A stretch of DNA of 64,000 nt. Origin: Lama glama (taxonomy: Eukaryota). Location of the stretch: the NCBI GenBank assembly GCA_028534125.1, contig CM052816.1:33048001-33112000 (forward strand), written 5' to 3'. The position numbers and the translations under genes are program-made. The notes under the pieces were generated by a model. That model did not search any database, had not been told where the DNA came from, and saw nothing but the letters and a program-made list of their open reading frames with translations. Positions 63,501 to 64,000 of this stretch are shown in pieces (position 1 is the stretch's first letter; every line of letters starts with the position of its first letter).

Positions 63501-64000
63501 TCTTTATTAGTGTTACCAACTATAAATATTATCATTTTCCAAGTGAGATATTTTGGGCACCAGCAACACAACATAAAGCTCAAGCCCAAGTTTAGGGCAG
63601 AGCAGAGAAAGAGCCAGGGAGCATAGGGAGAGGGGAACCAAGCCCCTCTGAGAGCTGACCCAATGTCTGTGCCAGGAGACCGGGGTGCAGGGCTGGGAGG
63701 CAGGGCCAGGAAGGTGTTCCCGAGGGCTGGAAACAGTCTGGCAGACCCTGTGATGTGCTGTGGTCACTAAAATTAGGTAAAGTGAGCAGAACGTTCAGAT
63801 ACGGGACACGGCTCCCCTCTCCTCAGATGAACTTATAATGAAGTGTAAAAAATAAGAAGTCAGAATGTGTACAGTACAAGAAGAGAAATTAGACCCTGAA
63901 ATTAAGTTATATTCACTCTGGCACATTTTTTAAAAATTGGCAAGGAAAGTAGTAAAGGGGGCTCCTAACATGCTCAGCGCCCTGGGGGTACTCATTAAAC

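Noticed and set aside
1..64000. CRISPR arrays, operons or other prokaryotic-type systems
   Set aside because: The sequence is eukaryotic intronic DNA, with no regularly spaced repeat-spacer array or gene-dense ORF structure.

Overview
Mammalian genomic DNA, almost certainly camelid: it carries five copies of a short tRNA-derived SINE of the Vic-1 type and a young L1 3' end. I found no convincing protein-coding exon, and the only protein-like ORFs are LINE-1 ORF2 remnants. The window is mostly intronic sequence with ancient repeats (MIR, L2, L1M, MLT1, Tigger and hAT MITEs, an ERV1-like solo LTR). A chain of minus-strand exons with good splice signals is visible: about 500-540 nt at 32.3-32.9 kb, a 23-nt microexon at 30,953-30,975, 64 nt at 19,875-19,938 and 64 nt at 15,144-15,207. 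Further candidates lie at 61.4 kb, 2.7 kb and 0.2-0.4 kb. From memory and not verified by alignment, the sizes and spacing resemble the multi-exon non-coding 5' leader of ZBTB38, whose CDS would lie beyond the left edge. The most interesting signals are: a uORF-dense, alternatively spliced leader, including a splice-assembled hydrophobic uORF; an ARE/AP-1 plus TATA-like internal promoter; textbook antisense (+ strand) exons; a local 95-bp duplication whose core differs only at CpGs and one C-run indel; and several nested transposon insertions with target-site duplications. Nothing here amounts to a demonstrated new biological system. Repeat boundaries were estimated by eye.
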